Source: an uncultured Planctomycetota bacterium (GTDB lineage Bacteria > Planctomycetota > PLA2 > JAEUHO01). Taken from it: a stretch of DNA of 64,000 nt. The notes below the pieces were generated by a model. That model saw nothing but the letters and a program-made list of their open reading frames with translations. It had not been told where the DNA came from and ran no database searches. Positions within the stretch are counted from its first letter, which is position 1; each line of letters starts with the position of its first letter. Positions 1 through 8,524 of this stretch are shown one piece after another. The stretch spans positions 352,001-416,000 of the forward strand of contig CAVVXN010000002.1 in assembly GCA_963752285.1 (NCBI GenBank), written 5' to 3'. The translations under genes and the position numbers were made by a program.

Positions 1-454
1 GGCCGTCGTGCTCGAGCCACGCGTGCACCTCGGGGAGCTCTGTTCCGTGCAGGATCAGCCGCACGCGCGCGAAGCGCTCGAGGACGACCCTCGCGTGCCA
101 CGCGCCCGCCGCGTCGCGCGTCACCGCGGGCGGGTGCCCGGGCCGCGGCGCGGCCCACTCGTCTTCGACCACGAGCGCGGCGGCGATCGACGCGGGCGAG
201 GGCTCGTCCCCCGTTCGGAGGCGCACGCCTCGGAGCACGGCCCGACCCGACGCGTCGGTTCGCGCCGCCACGGACGCGTACCGCGCCGCCGCACGCGCGC
301 CCGCGACGGGGCGCCCCATGGGGTCCACGGTCACCACGTCGAGGGACAGGCCGGAGGGCGCCGAGGCTCCGCCTCGGGCGTGGAGGAGCGCCCACGTCGC
401 GACCCCCGCCGCGACCGTCCCGAGGAGCACGAGGAGCGCGCGCCGTCCGCTCAC
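1..454 (-). CDS. Hypothetical exported/membrane-anchored protein, 3' part outside the window
   Basis: Not in the ORF track; read by hand. GTG at 454 overlaps the TGA of the upstream peptidase (GTGA). Translation MSGRRALLVLLGTVAAGVATWALLHARGG...LDVVTVDPMGRPVAGARA...RTDASGRAVL gives a hydrophobic N-terminus followed by a beta-sandwich-like motif (D..GRPVAGA..TD..G) seen in carboxypeptidase-regulatory-like domains. Open to the window edge. Confidence 0.6.
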   Translation of the reverse strand, partial: MSGRRALLVLLGTVAAGVATWALLHARGGASAPSGLSLDVVTVDPMGRPVAGARAAARYASVAARTDASGRAVLRGVRLRTGDEPSPASIAAALVVEDEWAAPRPGHPPAVTRDAAGAWHARVVLERFARVRLILHGTELPEVHAWLEHDG

Positions 455-1110
455 GAGACGAGGAGGCCCAGCCAGGCGTCCGCGACGTTCCCGGCGAATT
501 CGAAGAGGAACCCCGCGCCGTAGAAGACGCCGATGAAGGCCACGAGCCACAGGCCGCGGTTGTTCGGGTCGTGGACGAGGCGCCGGTACGGCCGCACGAA
601 CGAGGCGAGCACGCTCGATCCGTCGAGCGGCGGGATCGGCACCAGGTTGAACACGAGCAGGACGACGTTCATGGTGCCGAAGACGAAGAGCACGGACCGC
701 GCGTTTCCAACGACCGCCGACGGCGCCGCGCCGCCCACCCGCAACCAGACGCCCAGGGCCGTCAGGGCGAGGAGCGCGAGGAGGAGGTTGACGAGCGGGC
801 CGGCGAGGCTCACCCACGCGTCGCCGTGGCGGCTTCGGAACCGCCGCGGGTCCACGGGCGTGGACCCCCAGGCGATGCCGACGAGGAGGAGCATCACGAG
901 CGAGACCGGACCCATGTGCTTCAGGGGATCGAGCGTCCAGTGCCCCGCGAGCCTCGGCGTCGGGTCGCCCTGGCGCATCGCAGCCCATCCGTGCCCCAGC
1001 TCGTGGAGCACCACGCTCACCACGACGGTTCCGACCACGCTCGCGAAGTAGAGGGGGTCGCGGGTGGCCTCCTCGATGAAGAACGAGAACGCGAGGGGGA
1101 CGGGCATCAT
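451..1110 (-). CDS. Site-2 protease family (peptidase M50) membrane zinc metalloprotease
   Basis: LHELGH (HExxH), AGPLVNL and FNLVPIPPLDG motifs with several TM segments; start re-called at MMPVPLAF (1110). Confidence 0.9.
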   Translation of the reverse strand: MMPVPLAFSFFIEEATRDPLYFASVVGTVVVSVVLHELGHGWAAMRQGDPTPRLAGHWTLDPLKHMGPVSLVMLLLVGIAWGSTPVDPRRFRSRHGDAWVSLAGPLVNLLLALLALTALGVWLRVGGAAPSAVVGNARSVLFVFGTMNVVLLVFNLVPIPPLDGSSVLASFVRPYRRLVHDPNNRGLWLVAFIGVFYGAGFLFEFAGNVADAWLGLLVS

Positions 1111-1294
1111 GGCGCGGCCCTCCGCGGCGGGCCCGGAGGCTTCGACGTCATGGGATTCCCCGGCGCATCGCGGCGATTCTGACAGGGGTTGCGGGCGGCG
1201 GCCAAGCCCGCGCGCGGGCGGGTCGGCGCCGTCGCGCGGGCCCCGGCCCCGCGTACCCTGGCGCGACCCTCCGCCTCCGGGGGGAGGACGGGGC

Positions 1295-1714
1295 ATGCGG
1301 CAGCACCAGAGGACCCTCGAGATCGACACGCCGGGCCGCGCGCTCGTCGAGGTGACCGACGACGTGCGCCGCATCGTGGACGCGGCGGGCGTCGAGACGG
1401 GGCTCTGCGTCGTCTACTGCCGCCACACGTCCTGCAGCCTGCTGATCCAGGAGAACGCGGACCCGTCCGCCGCCGACGACCTGCTCCGGTGGCTCGGACG
1501 GCTCGCGCCCGACGGCGACCCTCGCTACGCCCACGTCGCGGAGGGCCCCGACGACATGCCGAGCCACCTCCGCGCGGCCGTGACCCGCACCGCGGAGACG
1601 ATCCCGGTCGTGGGCGGGCGGCTCGCGCTCGGACGCTGGCAGGGGATCTTCCTCGCCGAACACCGGACGAAGGGGCACCGGCGGGAGCTCGTCGTCCACG
1701 TGACCGGCGCATGA
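1295..1714 (+). CDS. yjbQ: YjbQ/UPF0047 secondary thiamine-phosphate synthase family protein
   Basis: HTSCSLLIQENADP, Y.H..EGPDDMPSHLR and LGRWQGIFLAEHR motifs; GGAGG upstream of ATG 1295. Confidence 0.92.
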   Translation: MRQHQRTLEIDTPGRALVEVTDDVRRIVDAAGVETGLCVVYCRHTSCSLLIQENADPSAADDLLRWLGRLAPDGDPRYAHVAEGPDDMPSHLRAAVTRTAETIPVVGGRLALGRWQGIFLAEHRTKGHRRELVVHVTGA

Positions 1715-2643
1715 GCCCCCGGGCCGCACGCTCCCGGCGCTCGGGGGTCGCGCCGCTCCTCCCGCTCGGGGTGGCGGGCGTCCTGCTCCTCGCCGTGCTG
1801 GGCATCCCGCAGGCGCTCGTGCTCGGGGTCGTGGAGGGGATCACCGAGTACCTCCCCGTCAGCAGCACCGGCCACCTCATCCTGGCCGAACGCGCGATGG
1901 GGATCGGCGCGTCGGCGGCGGCGAACGCGTTCGCGATCGCGATCCAGGCGGGCGCGATCGTGGCGGTGCTCGGCCTCTATCGCGCGCGGGTGGCTTCGGT
2001 CTTCCGCGGGCTCGCCGGTCGCGACCCCGCGGGTCGGCGCCTCGCGGGGGCCCTCCTCGTCGCGTTCCTCCCCGCGGCCGTCTTCGGGCTGCTCCTCGGC
2101 CACTGGGTCGAGGACCACCTCTTCGGGCTCTGGCCGGTGGTCCTCGCGTGGTTCGTCGGCGGCGTCGCCATCTTCGCGCTCCGGGGGCGCGGTCGCGACG
2201 CCTCGACGCGCCGGGGCATCGAGAGCCTCGCGCCCTCCTCGGCGCTCGTGATCGGCCTCGCGCAGGTCCTCGCGCTCTGGCCGGGTACGAGCCGCAGCCT
2301 CGTCACGATCGCCGGGGGGCTCCTCGTCGGCCTGACGCTCCCCGCGGCCGTCGAGTTCTCGTTCCTGCTCGGCGTGGTGACGCTCGGGGCGGCCACCGCG
2401 TACGAGACGTACCACGCGGCGGCCGAGATGCTCCGGGCGTTCGGCCCGGCGACGCTCGCCGTCGGGTTCGTCGCCGCCGCGATCTCGGCGGCGGTGGCGA
2501 TCGCGTGGTTGGTCCGGTGGATCGAGCGCCACGGTCTCGTGCTCTTCGGGTGGTGGCGAGTCTCGCTCGCGGTCGTCGTCGCCGCGCTGATCCTGCTCGG
2601 CGTCCTCGACGCCTCGACGGTCAACGCGTCGCCTGCACCGTGA
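1711..2643 (+). CDS. uppP: Undecaprenyl-diphosphate phosphatase
   Basis: GVVEGITEYLPVSSTGHL, IQAGAI, PGTSRS and EFSFLL signature motifs; ATGA overlap with yjbQ. Confidence 0.95.
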   Translation: MSPRAARSRRSGVAPLLPLGVAGVLLLAVLGIPQALVLGVVEGITEYLPVSSTGHLILAERAMGIGASAAANAFAIAIQAGAIVAVLGLYRARVASVFRGLAGRDPAGRRLAGALLVAFLPAAVFGLLLGHWVEDHLFGLWPVVLAWFVGGVAIFALRGRGRDASTRRGIESLAPSSALVIGLAQVLALWPGTSRSLVTIAGGLLVGLTLPAAVEFSFLLGVVTLGAATAYETYHAAAEMLRAFGPATLAVGFVAAAISAAVAIAWLVRWIERHGLVLFGWWRVSLAVVVAALILLGVLDASTVNASPAP

Positions 2644-3556
2644 CCGCCACCAGGTAGGCAGCGTAGACGGCCAGCAGGAACAGGCCCTGCCGGCGGCGCA
2701 CGCGCGCCCCGAAGAGCGCGAACAGGAAGGGCAGGACGGCGAGCGCGATCATCACCGGCAGGTCGAAGGCGACCAGGCGGCCGCCCTCGTCCGGCTGGGG
2801 CGCGAGCACGCCGGCCACGCCGAGGACCATGAGCAGGTTGAAGATGTTGCTTCCGACCACGTTTCCCACCGCGAGCTCCATCCGCCCCCGCTTCGCCGCG
2901 GCGACGGTGGTCGCGAGCTCGGGCAGGCTCGTGCCCACCGCGACGAGCGTCAGGCCGATCACGACCTCCGTCACGCCGAGCCACCGCGCGATCTCGATGG
3001 CCCCCTCGAGGAAGACGTGCGCCCCCCCGACGAGCAGAACGAGCCCCACAACGGCCATCGTGAGCTCGAGCGCGGGGCGGTGGGGCTTCTCGTGGGGCTC
3101 CGGCGCGGGACGGCGCGACGCGGTGAGGCACGCGAACGCCACGTAGACGGCGAAGGCCGCCAGGCAGACGAGCCCGTCGGTGCGCGAGAACGACCCGTCG
3201 CGGAACAGCGCGTAGACGAGGACGCTCGCGCCGATCGCGAGGGGCATCTCCACGCCGCGGAGGAACCGGTCCACGTGGACCACGCCGAGGGCCGCGGCGA
3301 GGCCGAGGATCAAGGCGACGTTCGCGATGTTGCTCCCCACGACGTTGCCGGAGGCGATGCCGGGATAGCCCCGGACCGCCGCGATCACCGACGTCGCGAG
3401 CTCCGGCGCGGACGTCGCGAACCCGAGGATGAACACGCCGGCGAGGCTCGACGGCATGCCTCGGCCGCGGGCGAACCGGTCGGCGCCTTCGACGAGCCAC
3501 TCGCCCCCGAACCAGAGGAGCGTGACGCCGAGCGCGACCTCGAGGGCGGGCAGCAT
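2621..3556 (-). CDS. Calcium/sodium antiporter (YrbG/CaCA family)
   Basis: Two alpha repeats, FATSAPEL...GNVVGSNIAN and GTSLPEL...GNVVGSNIFN. Confidence 0.93.
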   Translation of the reverse strand: MLPALEVALGVTLLWFGGEWLVEGADRFARGRGMPSSLAGVFILGFATSAPELATSVIAAVRGYPGIASGNVVGSNIANVALILGLAAALGVVHVDRFLRGVEMPLAIGASVLVYALFRDGSFSRTDGLVCLAAFAVYVAFACLTASRRPAPEPHEKPHRPALELTMAVVGLVLLVGGAHVFLEGAIEIARWLGVTEVVIGLTLVAVGTSLPELATTVAAAKRGRMELAVGNVVGSNIFNLLMVLGVAGVLAPQPDEGGRLVAFDLPVMIALAVLPFLFALFGARVRRRQGLFLLAVYAAYLVAVTVQATR

Positions 3557-3643
3557 GGGGAAGGTGTAGCCGCGTGGGCCCCCGTGTCGAGGGACTTCTC
3601 TCGCGGCGAACGTGCGGACGCGGCGTCGGAACGCCGGGGTACC

Positions 3644-4858
3644 GTGCCCCGCGTGGGTCCCCTCGATCGCCTCCACGGTCTCGCGGCCCGCCCGAATCGT
3701 CTCGCGCTCGGTCTGATGTCGGGCATGAGCGCCGACGGTCTCGACCTCGCGCTCGTGCGGCTCTCGGGGCTCGGCCCGCGACCCGGCGTGGACCTCGTGG
3801 CGACGAGGACGGTCGCCTACGACGCGGCGCTCCGCGCGCGGATCCGCGGCGCGATCACGGGGGGCGCGCGCGAGGTCTCGACCCTCTCGTTCGTCCTGGC
3901 CCGGGCCTGGGCCGGCGAGGTGCGTCGCTTCCTCTCGGAGATCGGCGTCGGCGCTCCCGAGGTGGACGTCCTCGGCTCGCACGGCCAGACGATCGACCAC
4001 GTGCCGCGAGGTGCCGGTCCGGTCGCCGCGACGCTCCAGATCGGCGACGGAAACGTCCTCGCGTTCGAGACCGGGATCGTCGTCGTGTCGGACTTCCGAC
4101 CGGCCGACGTCGCGGCCGGGGGCGAAGGCGCGCCCCTCGTGCCCTTCGCTGACTGGGTGCGCCACGCGGCGCCGGGACGGACCCGCGTCTGCGTGAACCT
4201 GGGCAGCATCGCGAACGCGACCGTCGTGTCGGAGCGACTGGAGGACGTGTTCGCGTTCGACACGGGGCCCGCGAACGCCCTGCTCGACGGTCTCTGCCGC
4301 GCCCGCACGGGCGACGAGGAGGCGATCGACCGGGACGGGACCGTCTCCGCCGGGGGCCGGGTACGGGACGACGCGCTCCGGTGGCTCGAGGACCGCGCTC
4401 GCGCGTTCCTCGACCGTCCGCCGCCCCGGAGCGCGGGCTACGACGAGTTCGGGCCGTCCCGGGCCGTGGACCTCGCGCGCGCCTTCCCCGGCGTGTCGCT
4501 AGAGGACCTCGCGCGCACGGCGGTGGAGCACACCGCGAGGACGCTGGCGGGCGCGTTCGAGCGGTGGATCCTCCCGCGCCGCCCCGGCGCCCGCGAGGCG
4601 TGGACGACGGGCGGCGGGGCGAGGAACCCGACGCTCCTCGGCCGGGTCCGCGAGACGCTCGGCGCCCTCGGGGTGCAGACGGTCGTCGAGGACGACGCGT
4701 GGGTGGACGGGAAGGAGGCCGTGGCCTTCGCGCTCCTCGCCGACGCGACCGCGCGCGGCCTGGCCTCGAACGTCCCGGGCGCGACGGGCGCCGCCCGCGC
4801 GGTGCTCCTCGGCAAGATCGCGCTCCCGTCCGCCTCGGGTGGGGGGGGTGGGCAGTAG
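3644..4858 (+). CDS. anmK: Anhydro-N-acetylmuramic acid kinase
   Basis: [48 protein letters not shown] and KEAVAFA motifs; GTG start approximate. Confidence 0.93.
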   Translation: MPRVGPLDRLHGLAARPNRLALGLMSGMSADGLDLALVRLSGLGPRPGVDLVATRTVAYDAALRARIRGAITGGAREVSTLSFVLARAWAGEVRRFLSEIGVGAPEVDVLGSHGQTIDHVPRGAGPVAATLQIGDGNVLAFETGIVVVSDFRPADVAAGGEGAPLVPFADWVRHAAPGRTRVCVNLGSIANATVVSERLEDVFAFDTGPANALLDGLCRARTGDEEAIDRDGTVSAGGRVRDDALRWLEDRARAFLDRPPPRSAGYDEFGPSRAVDLARAFPGVSLEDLARTAVEHTARTLAGAFERWILPRRPGAREAWTTGGGARNPTLLGRVRETLGALGVQTVVEDDAWVDGKEAVAFALLADATARGLASNVPGATGAARAVLLGKIALPSASGGGGGQ

Positions 4859-4868
4859 GGTCCGCGCC

Positions 4869-5327
4869 GTGGCGGACGACGCGATCGACCTGCCGGTGGA
4901 GGTCCTCCCGCACGGTCGCGGGCTGGAGCTGCCGAGCTACGCCACGGCGGGCGCGGCGGGGATGGACCTCCGCGCGGCGGTCGAGGCGCCGCTCGAGCTC
5001 GTGCCCGGCGCGCGCGCGCTCGTCCCCACGGGCCTCCGGATCGCGGTCCCGCCGGGCTTCGAGGCGCAGGTGCGCGCGCGGAGCGGCTGGGCGCTCCAGA
5101 GCGGCGTGGTGCTCCCGAACGCGCCGGGGACGATCGACGCCGACTACCGCGGCGAGGTCCAGGTGATCCTCATGAACCTCGGATCGGAGCCCGTCCGCGT
5201 GGAGCGGGGCCAGCGCATCGCGCAGCTCGTCCTGGCCCCCGTGGCCCGCGCGCGCCTCCGGCCCCGGGAGGGGCTCGGAGACACCGCGCGGGGCGCGGGC
5301 GGGTTCGGGCACACGGGGGACCGCTGA
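4869..5327 (+). CDS. dut: dUTP diphosphatase
   Basis: [23 protein letters not shown] and [10 protein letters not shown] motifs. Confidence 0.96.
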   Translation: MADDAIDLPVEVLPHGRGLELPSYATAGAAGMDLRAAVEAPLELVPGARALVPTGLRIAVPPGFEAQVRARSGWALQSGVVLPNAPGTIDADYRGEVQVILMNLGSEPVRVERGQRIAQLVLAPVARARLRPREGLGDTARGAGGFGHTGDR

Positions 5328-5342
5328 GCGTGGTCCCGCGGG

Positions 5343-5963
5343 TCAGCGGGCGTCGCTGGAGGACGACGACGTCGTCGTCGCGTGGTTCCGGGACGCGGGC
5401 CGCGCCGTCGTGTGGGTCTCGGTGCGGCGGCTGGCGATCGTGTGGTGCGCCGCCTGCGCCTGGGCGAAGCCCGCGCGCCGCACGGCTTCGACGAGCCGGG
5501 TCACCGTCGCCCTCCGCGCGTCGAAGTCGACGCGCGCGAGGGACGTGCTCTCGACGGCGATCCTGCGGACGCCCGGCACAAGGCCGAGCGCCGCGCGCAC
5601 GCGCGTGCTCGCGTTCTCGGGTCGCATGTCCACCTCGATGGCCAGGCTGCGTACCGGGATCACGGACGCCCCGTAGCCCAACGCGTGCACGGCGTACTCG
5701 AGCTGGGCGTCGGACGCCGTCCCGCGCGAGCGGACCACGACGGCCTCGTTCTTGAGTCGATCCACGTTGGCGTAGAGAACGCCGCGCACACGGCGCAGCG
5801 CCGCGGTCACCTCGACCGCGCACGGGCCTCACCCCATCCCGCTGAGCTCGAGCACCACCCTCTCGTTCGTGATCGGGTGCGTGCTGGTTCCCGCGCGCGC
5901 CGTGCCCGCGAGCGAGACGGCGACGAGGGCGGTGAACGTCGAGATCCAGGCCATGCGATTCAC
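5343..5963 (-). CDS. Exported tandem heavy-metal-associated (HMA) domain protein; candidate selenoprotein (in-frame TGA at 5829-5831, UxxC motif)
   Basis: GGAGG 7 nt before GTG 5963; signal peptide MNRMAWISTFTALVAVSLAGTARA; then VVLELSGMG-[TGA]-GPCAVEVTAALRRVRGV, which matches the HMA consensus GMxCxxC...V..AL..V.GV with TGA at the first Cys. The same frame continues into the 155-aa ORF, which holds a second, Cys-less HMA-like repeat. Confidence 0.78.
5802..5831 (-). promoter_or_regulatory. Putative bacterial SECIS element downstream of the in-frame UGA
   Basis: mRNA UGA-GGCCCGUG-CGCGGUC-GAGGU-GACCGCG: a perfect 7-bp stem (5802-5820) with a G-initiated 5-nt apical loop starting at the 16th nt after the UGA. 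Confidence 0.6.
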
Positions 5964-6260
5964 GGGGATCCTCCCGGAAGCGAGTTGCAAAGGTCGGGAC
6001 GGTACGACCCGTCGCCTCCTCGACGACGGGAAAAACCGGCCCCGCGGGAAGAATTCCCCACGTTTCCGTCCCTGCGTCCCGTGCCTGAATCGTTCCTTCG
6101 TACACGGAATCTGAAGAACCAGTCGGCACGCCGGTGCTCGAATCGCTACGGAGGCGTGATTCGTGCGCCTCGCGTGCCGCGCCGCATCCGGAGGCGCGGC
6201 GCCGGCGGGCCGGTCGTCCCGCCCGACGGCGGCGCGCGAACCGGGGCCATCGCCCCCGGG

Positions 6261-7273
6261 CTATACGGCGTCGGCGGACGGGGGTGCGGCGGACGACGTC
6301 GCGGAGGACGTCGGGCGGCGGAGGACGCGGCGCGGGGGCGCGGCGGGCGCGGCGGCGGGCGGTACGTCCGGGAGCTCCCGCGGGGGGGCGGGCGGGACGG
6401 CCGACGCCGTGCGCAGGAGGACCCGTCCCGGCGGGTCCCACGTGAGCGCGAGCACGAGCGGGAACACGGAGAGCGAGACGAGGAGCATGAAGCCCGCGAC
6501 GCTCTCGAGCGGGACGCCCAGCACGTCGTGCGCGACGCGCGCGTAGTCGTTCGTCAGCCCGAACGACCCGCTCTGCATGTACCACGCGCGCGCCGACGAG
6601 GTGAACGCGAGCCCGCCGGCCAGCGCCACGTTTCGTGCGACGAGGAACCACCCCAGGCACGCGTAGAGCGGACGTTCGGACTCGTGCTCCACCGCGTCGC
6701 CGGTACGGGCGCGCGCGAGGAACACGCCGGCGAACACGAGCTCGCCCAGGTGGCCCGAGAGCAGGAAGCCGAGCTGGCGCGCCGTCGGGAGGAACGCGAA
6801 GAGCGGCCACGCGGCGAGGAGCCCGATCGCGAGCCCGAAGAACCTCTTCGTGCGCCAGGCGAGGACCACGCCCGTCACCAGGATCGCCGCCACGAGCACG
6901 AGGATCGTGACGCTCTGCGGACGGTGGAACGCCGCGGCGTGTCCCCGGAGGCTGATGACGGGCCAGGCGGCGGCGCCCGCGTACCACGAGAACGCGACGT
7001 GTCCGGTCTCGTGGAAGAGCGAGCCGAGCAGCCAGCCCATGAGGCGGAGCCACGGCGCCATCGTGAAGAGGCTCGCCAGGGCCGCGCCCAGGGCCAGCCA
7101 CGGCCAGCCGACGTCCACCCGCCTCGGGGCGCGGACCGACCCGGGACGCCCGGCACGAGGCGCGCGCGGCGGGGGCCGGACGCGGGGGGCGCCACCCGGA
7201 GCTCCCCGCAGAGGCCGCACGTGGGACGGTCGTCGGGGTTGGGGTAACCGCAGCGGACGCAGGAGTAGCCCAT
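6261..7273 (-). CDS. Zinc-ribbon plus HExxH membrane protein (M50-like), split by an apparent 1-nt frameshift near 7171-7189
   Basis: MGYSCVRCGYPNPDDRPTCGLCGE (CxxC-x10-CxxC) lies in one frame and a multi-TM region with FHETGH in another; adding one base in the G6 run at 7184-7189 joins them. Confidence 0.6.
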
Positions 7274-7341
7274 TCCGGTCTCCATTTCGCCCATCGAGGC
7301 GCCTGGACTTGAGTCCCCGTCCCCCCCCCGGGGCGCGGCGC

Positions 7342-8031
7342 TCAGGGGGCCCGCGTGGCGCGGGCCTCGGCCAGGATCTCGGCGGCCCGGGAGGTACCGA
7401 GGCGGTCCGCGCCCGCGTCCAGGAGGGCGCGCGCCTGGGCGAGGGTACGGATGCCACCGGACGCCTTGACGCCGAGGCGGTGGCCCACGAGGCCCCGGAG
7501 CCGGCGTACGGCCTCCACCGAGGCGCCCGGCGGGCCGAACCCCGTCGAGGTCTTCACGAACGAGGCGCCCCCTCGCTCGGCGCACTCGGCGGCCCGGGCG
7601 AGGAGCTCGGGGGAGAGGAGCCCCGTCTCGAGGATCGCCTTCACGGGGCGGCCGTCCGCCGCCTCCACGACCGCCCGCACGTCGTCGATGACCTGTTCCC
7701 GGCGCCCGCTCGCCAGCCAGCCGATCTGCACGACGGCGTCGATCTCGTCCGCGCCCAGGCGGACCGCCTCGCGCGTCTCGAACGCCTTCACGCGCGGCAG
7801 GGTGCTCCCGAGGGGAAAGCCCACGACCGCGACGACGCGTACGGCCGTCCCCGCCAGAACCTCCGTCGCCACGGGGAGCCAGCACGGCGCGACGCACGCG
7901 CCGGCGACGCCCAGGGCCCGCGCCTCGCCGAGCATCTTCCGGATCCGCTCCTCCGTCGCGTCGGGCTGGAGCAGCGTGTGGTCGATGCGCGCCGCCAGCG
8001 CGTCCGGGTCGAGCGTCGGGTCCCAGGTCAT
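7342..8031 (-). CDS. deoC: Deoxyribose-phosphate aldolase
   Basis: IDHTLL, VVGFPLG, GADEID, VKAILET, FVKTSTGF, VKASGGIR and RLGTS motifs. Confidence 0.96.
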   Translation of the reverse strand: MTWDPTLDPDALAARIDHTLLQPDATEERIRKMLGEARALGVAGACVAPCWLPVATEVLAGTAVRVVAVVGFPLGSTLPRVKAFETREAVRLGADEIDAVVQIGWLASGRREQVIDDVRAVVEAADGRPVKAILETGLLSPELLARAAECAERGGASFVKTSTGFGPPGASVEAVRRLRGLVGHRLGVKASGGIRTLAQARALLDAGADRLGTSRAAEILAEARATRAP

Positions 8032-8085
8032 GCCAGCCCCTCCGCTCCCGTTGCCCCGCGTCGGGCGGCACGGTAGGACGGCCCC

Positions 8086-8511
8086 GTGGCGCGTCCCGCC
8101 TACCGCCTCCTCGACCACACCGCGGACCTGGCCTTCGAGGTCCAGGCGGAGAGCTGGCCCCGGCTCCTCGAAGCGGCGACCGCCGCGCTCGGCGACGTCA
8201 TCCTCGCCGAGACGGGGGACGCGCGCCGCGAGGCGCGCCCGCTCGACGTGCAGGGCGACGACCGCGAGGACGTCCTCGTGGCCTGGCTGGGCGAGATCGT
8301 CGCCCTCCTCGACGAGTGCGGCTGGCTCACGCGCGCGGCGAGGGTCGAGCGCGCGGAGGCGGGCCGCGCGACCGGCGTCCTCCTCGGCCGGTCGCTCGGG
8401 GACGCCGAGCCCGTGGATCGCGTGGTGAAGGCGGTCACGTATCACGACCTCTGCGTCCACGAGGGCGAGGGCCGCCGACCGTGGCGCGTGGCCGTGGTGC
8501 TGGACCTGTGA
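8086..8511 (+). CDS. Archease
   Basis: YRLLDHTADL, VKAVTYH and C-terminal VVLDL motifs; directly upstream of rtcB. Confidence 0.93.
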   Translation: MARPAYRLLDHTADLAFEVQAESWPRLLEAATAALGDVILAETGDARREARPLDVQGDDREDVLVAWLGEIVALLDECGWLTRAARVERAEAGRATGVLLGRSLGDAEPVDRVVKAVTYHDLCVHEGEGRRPWRVAVVLDL

Positions 8512-8524
8512 GGAGGGGGTGCCC

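Noticed and set aside
6008..6035. Hairpin CCCGTCG...CGACGGG next to an A5 run, upstream of the HMA gene
   Set aside because: The U-tract precedes the hairpin on the minus strand and is A's on the plus strand, so it is not an intrinsic terminator; no riboswitch consensus was recognised.
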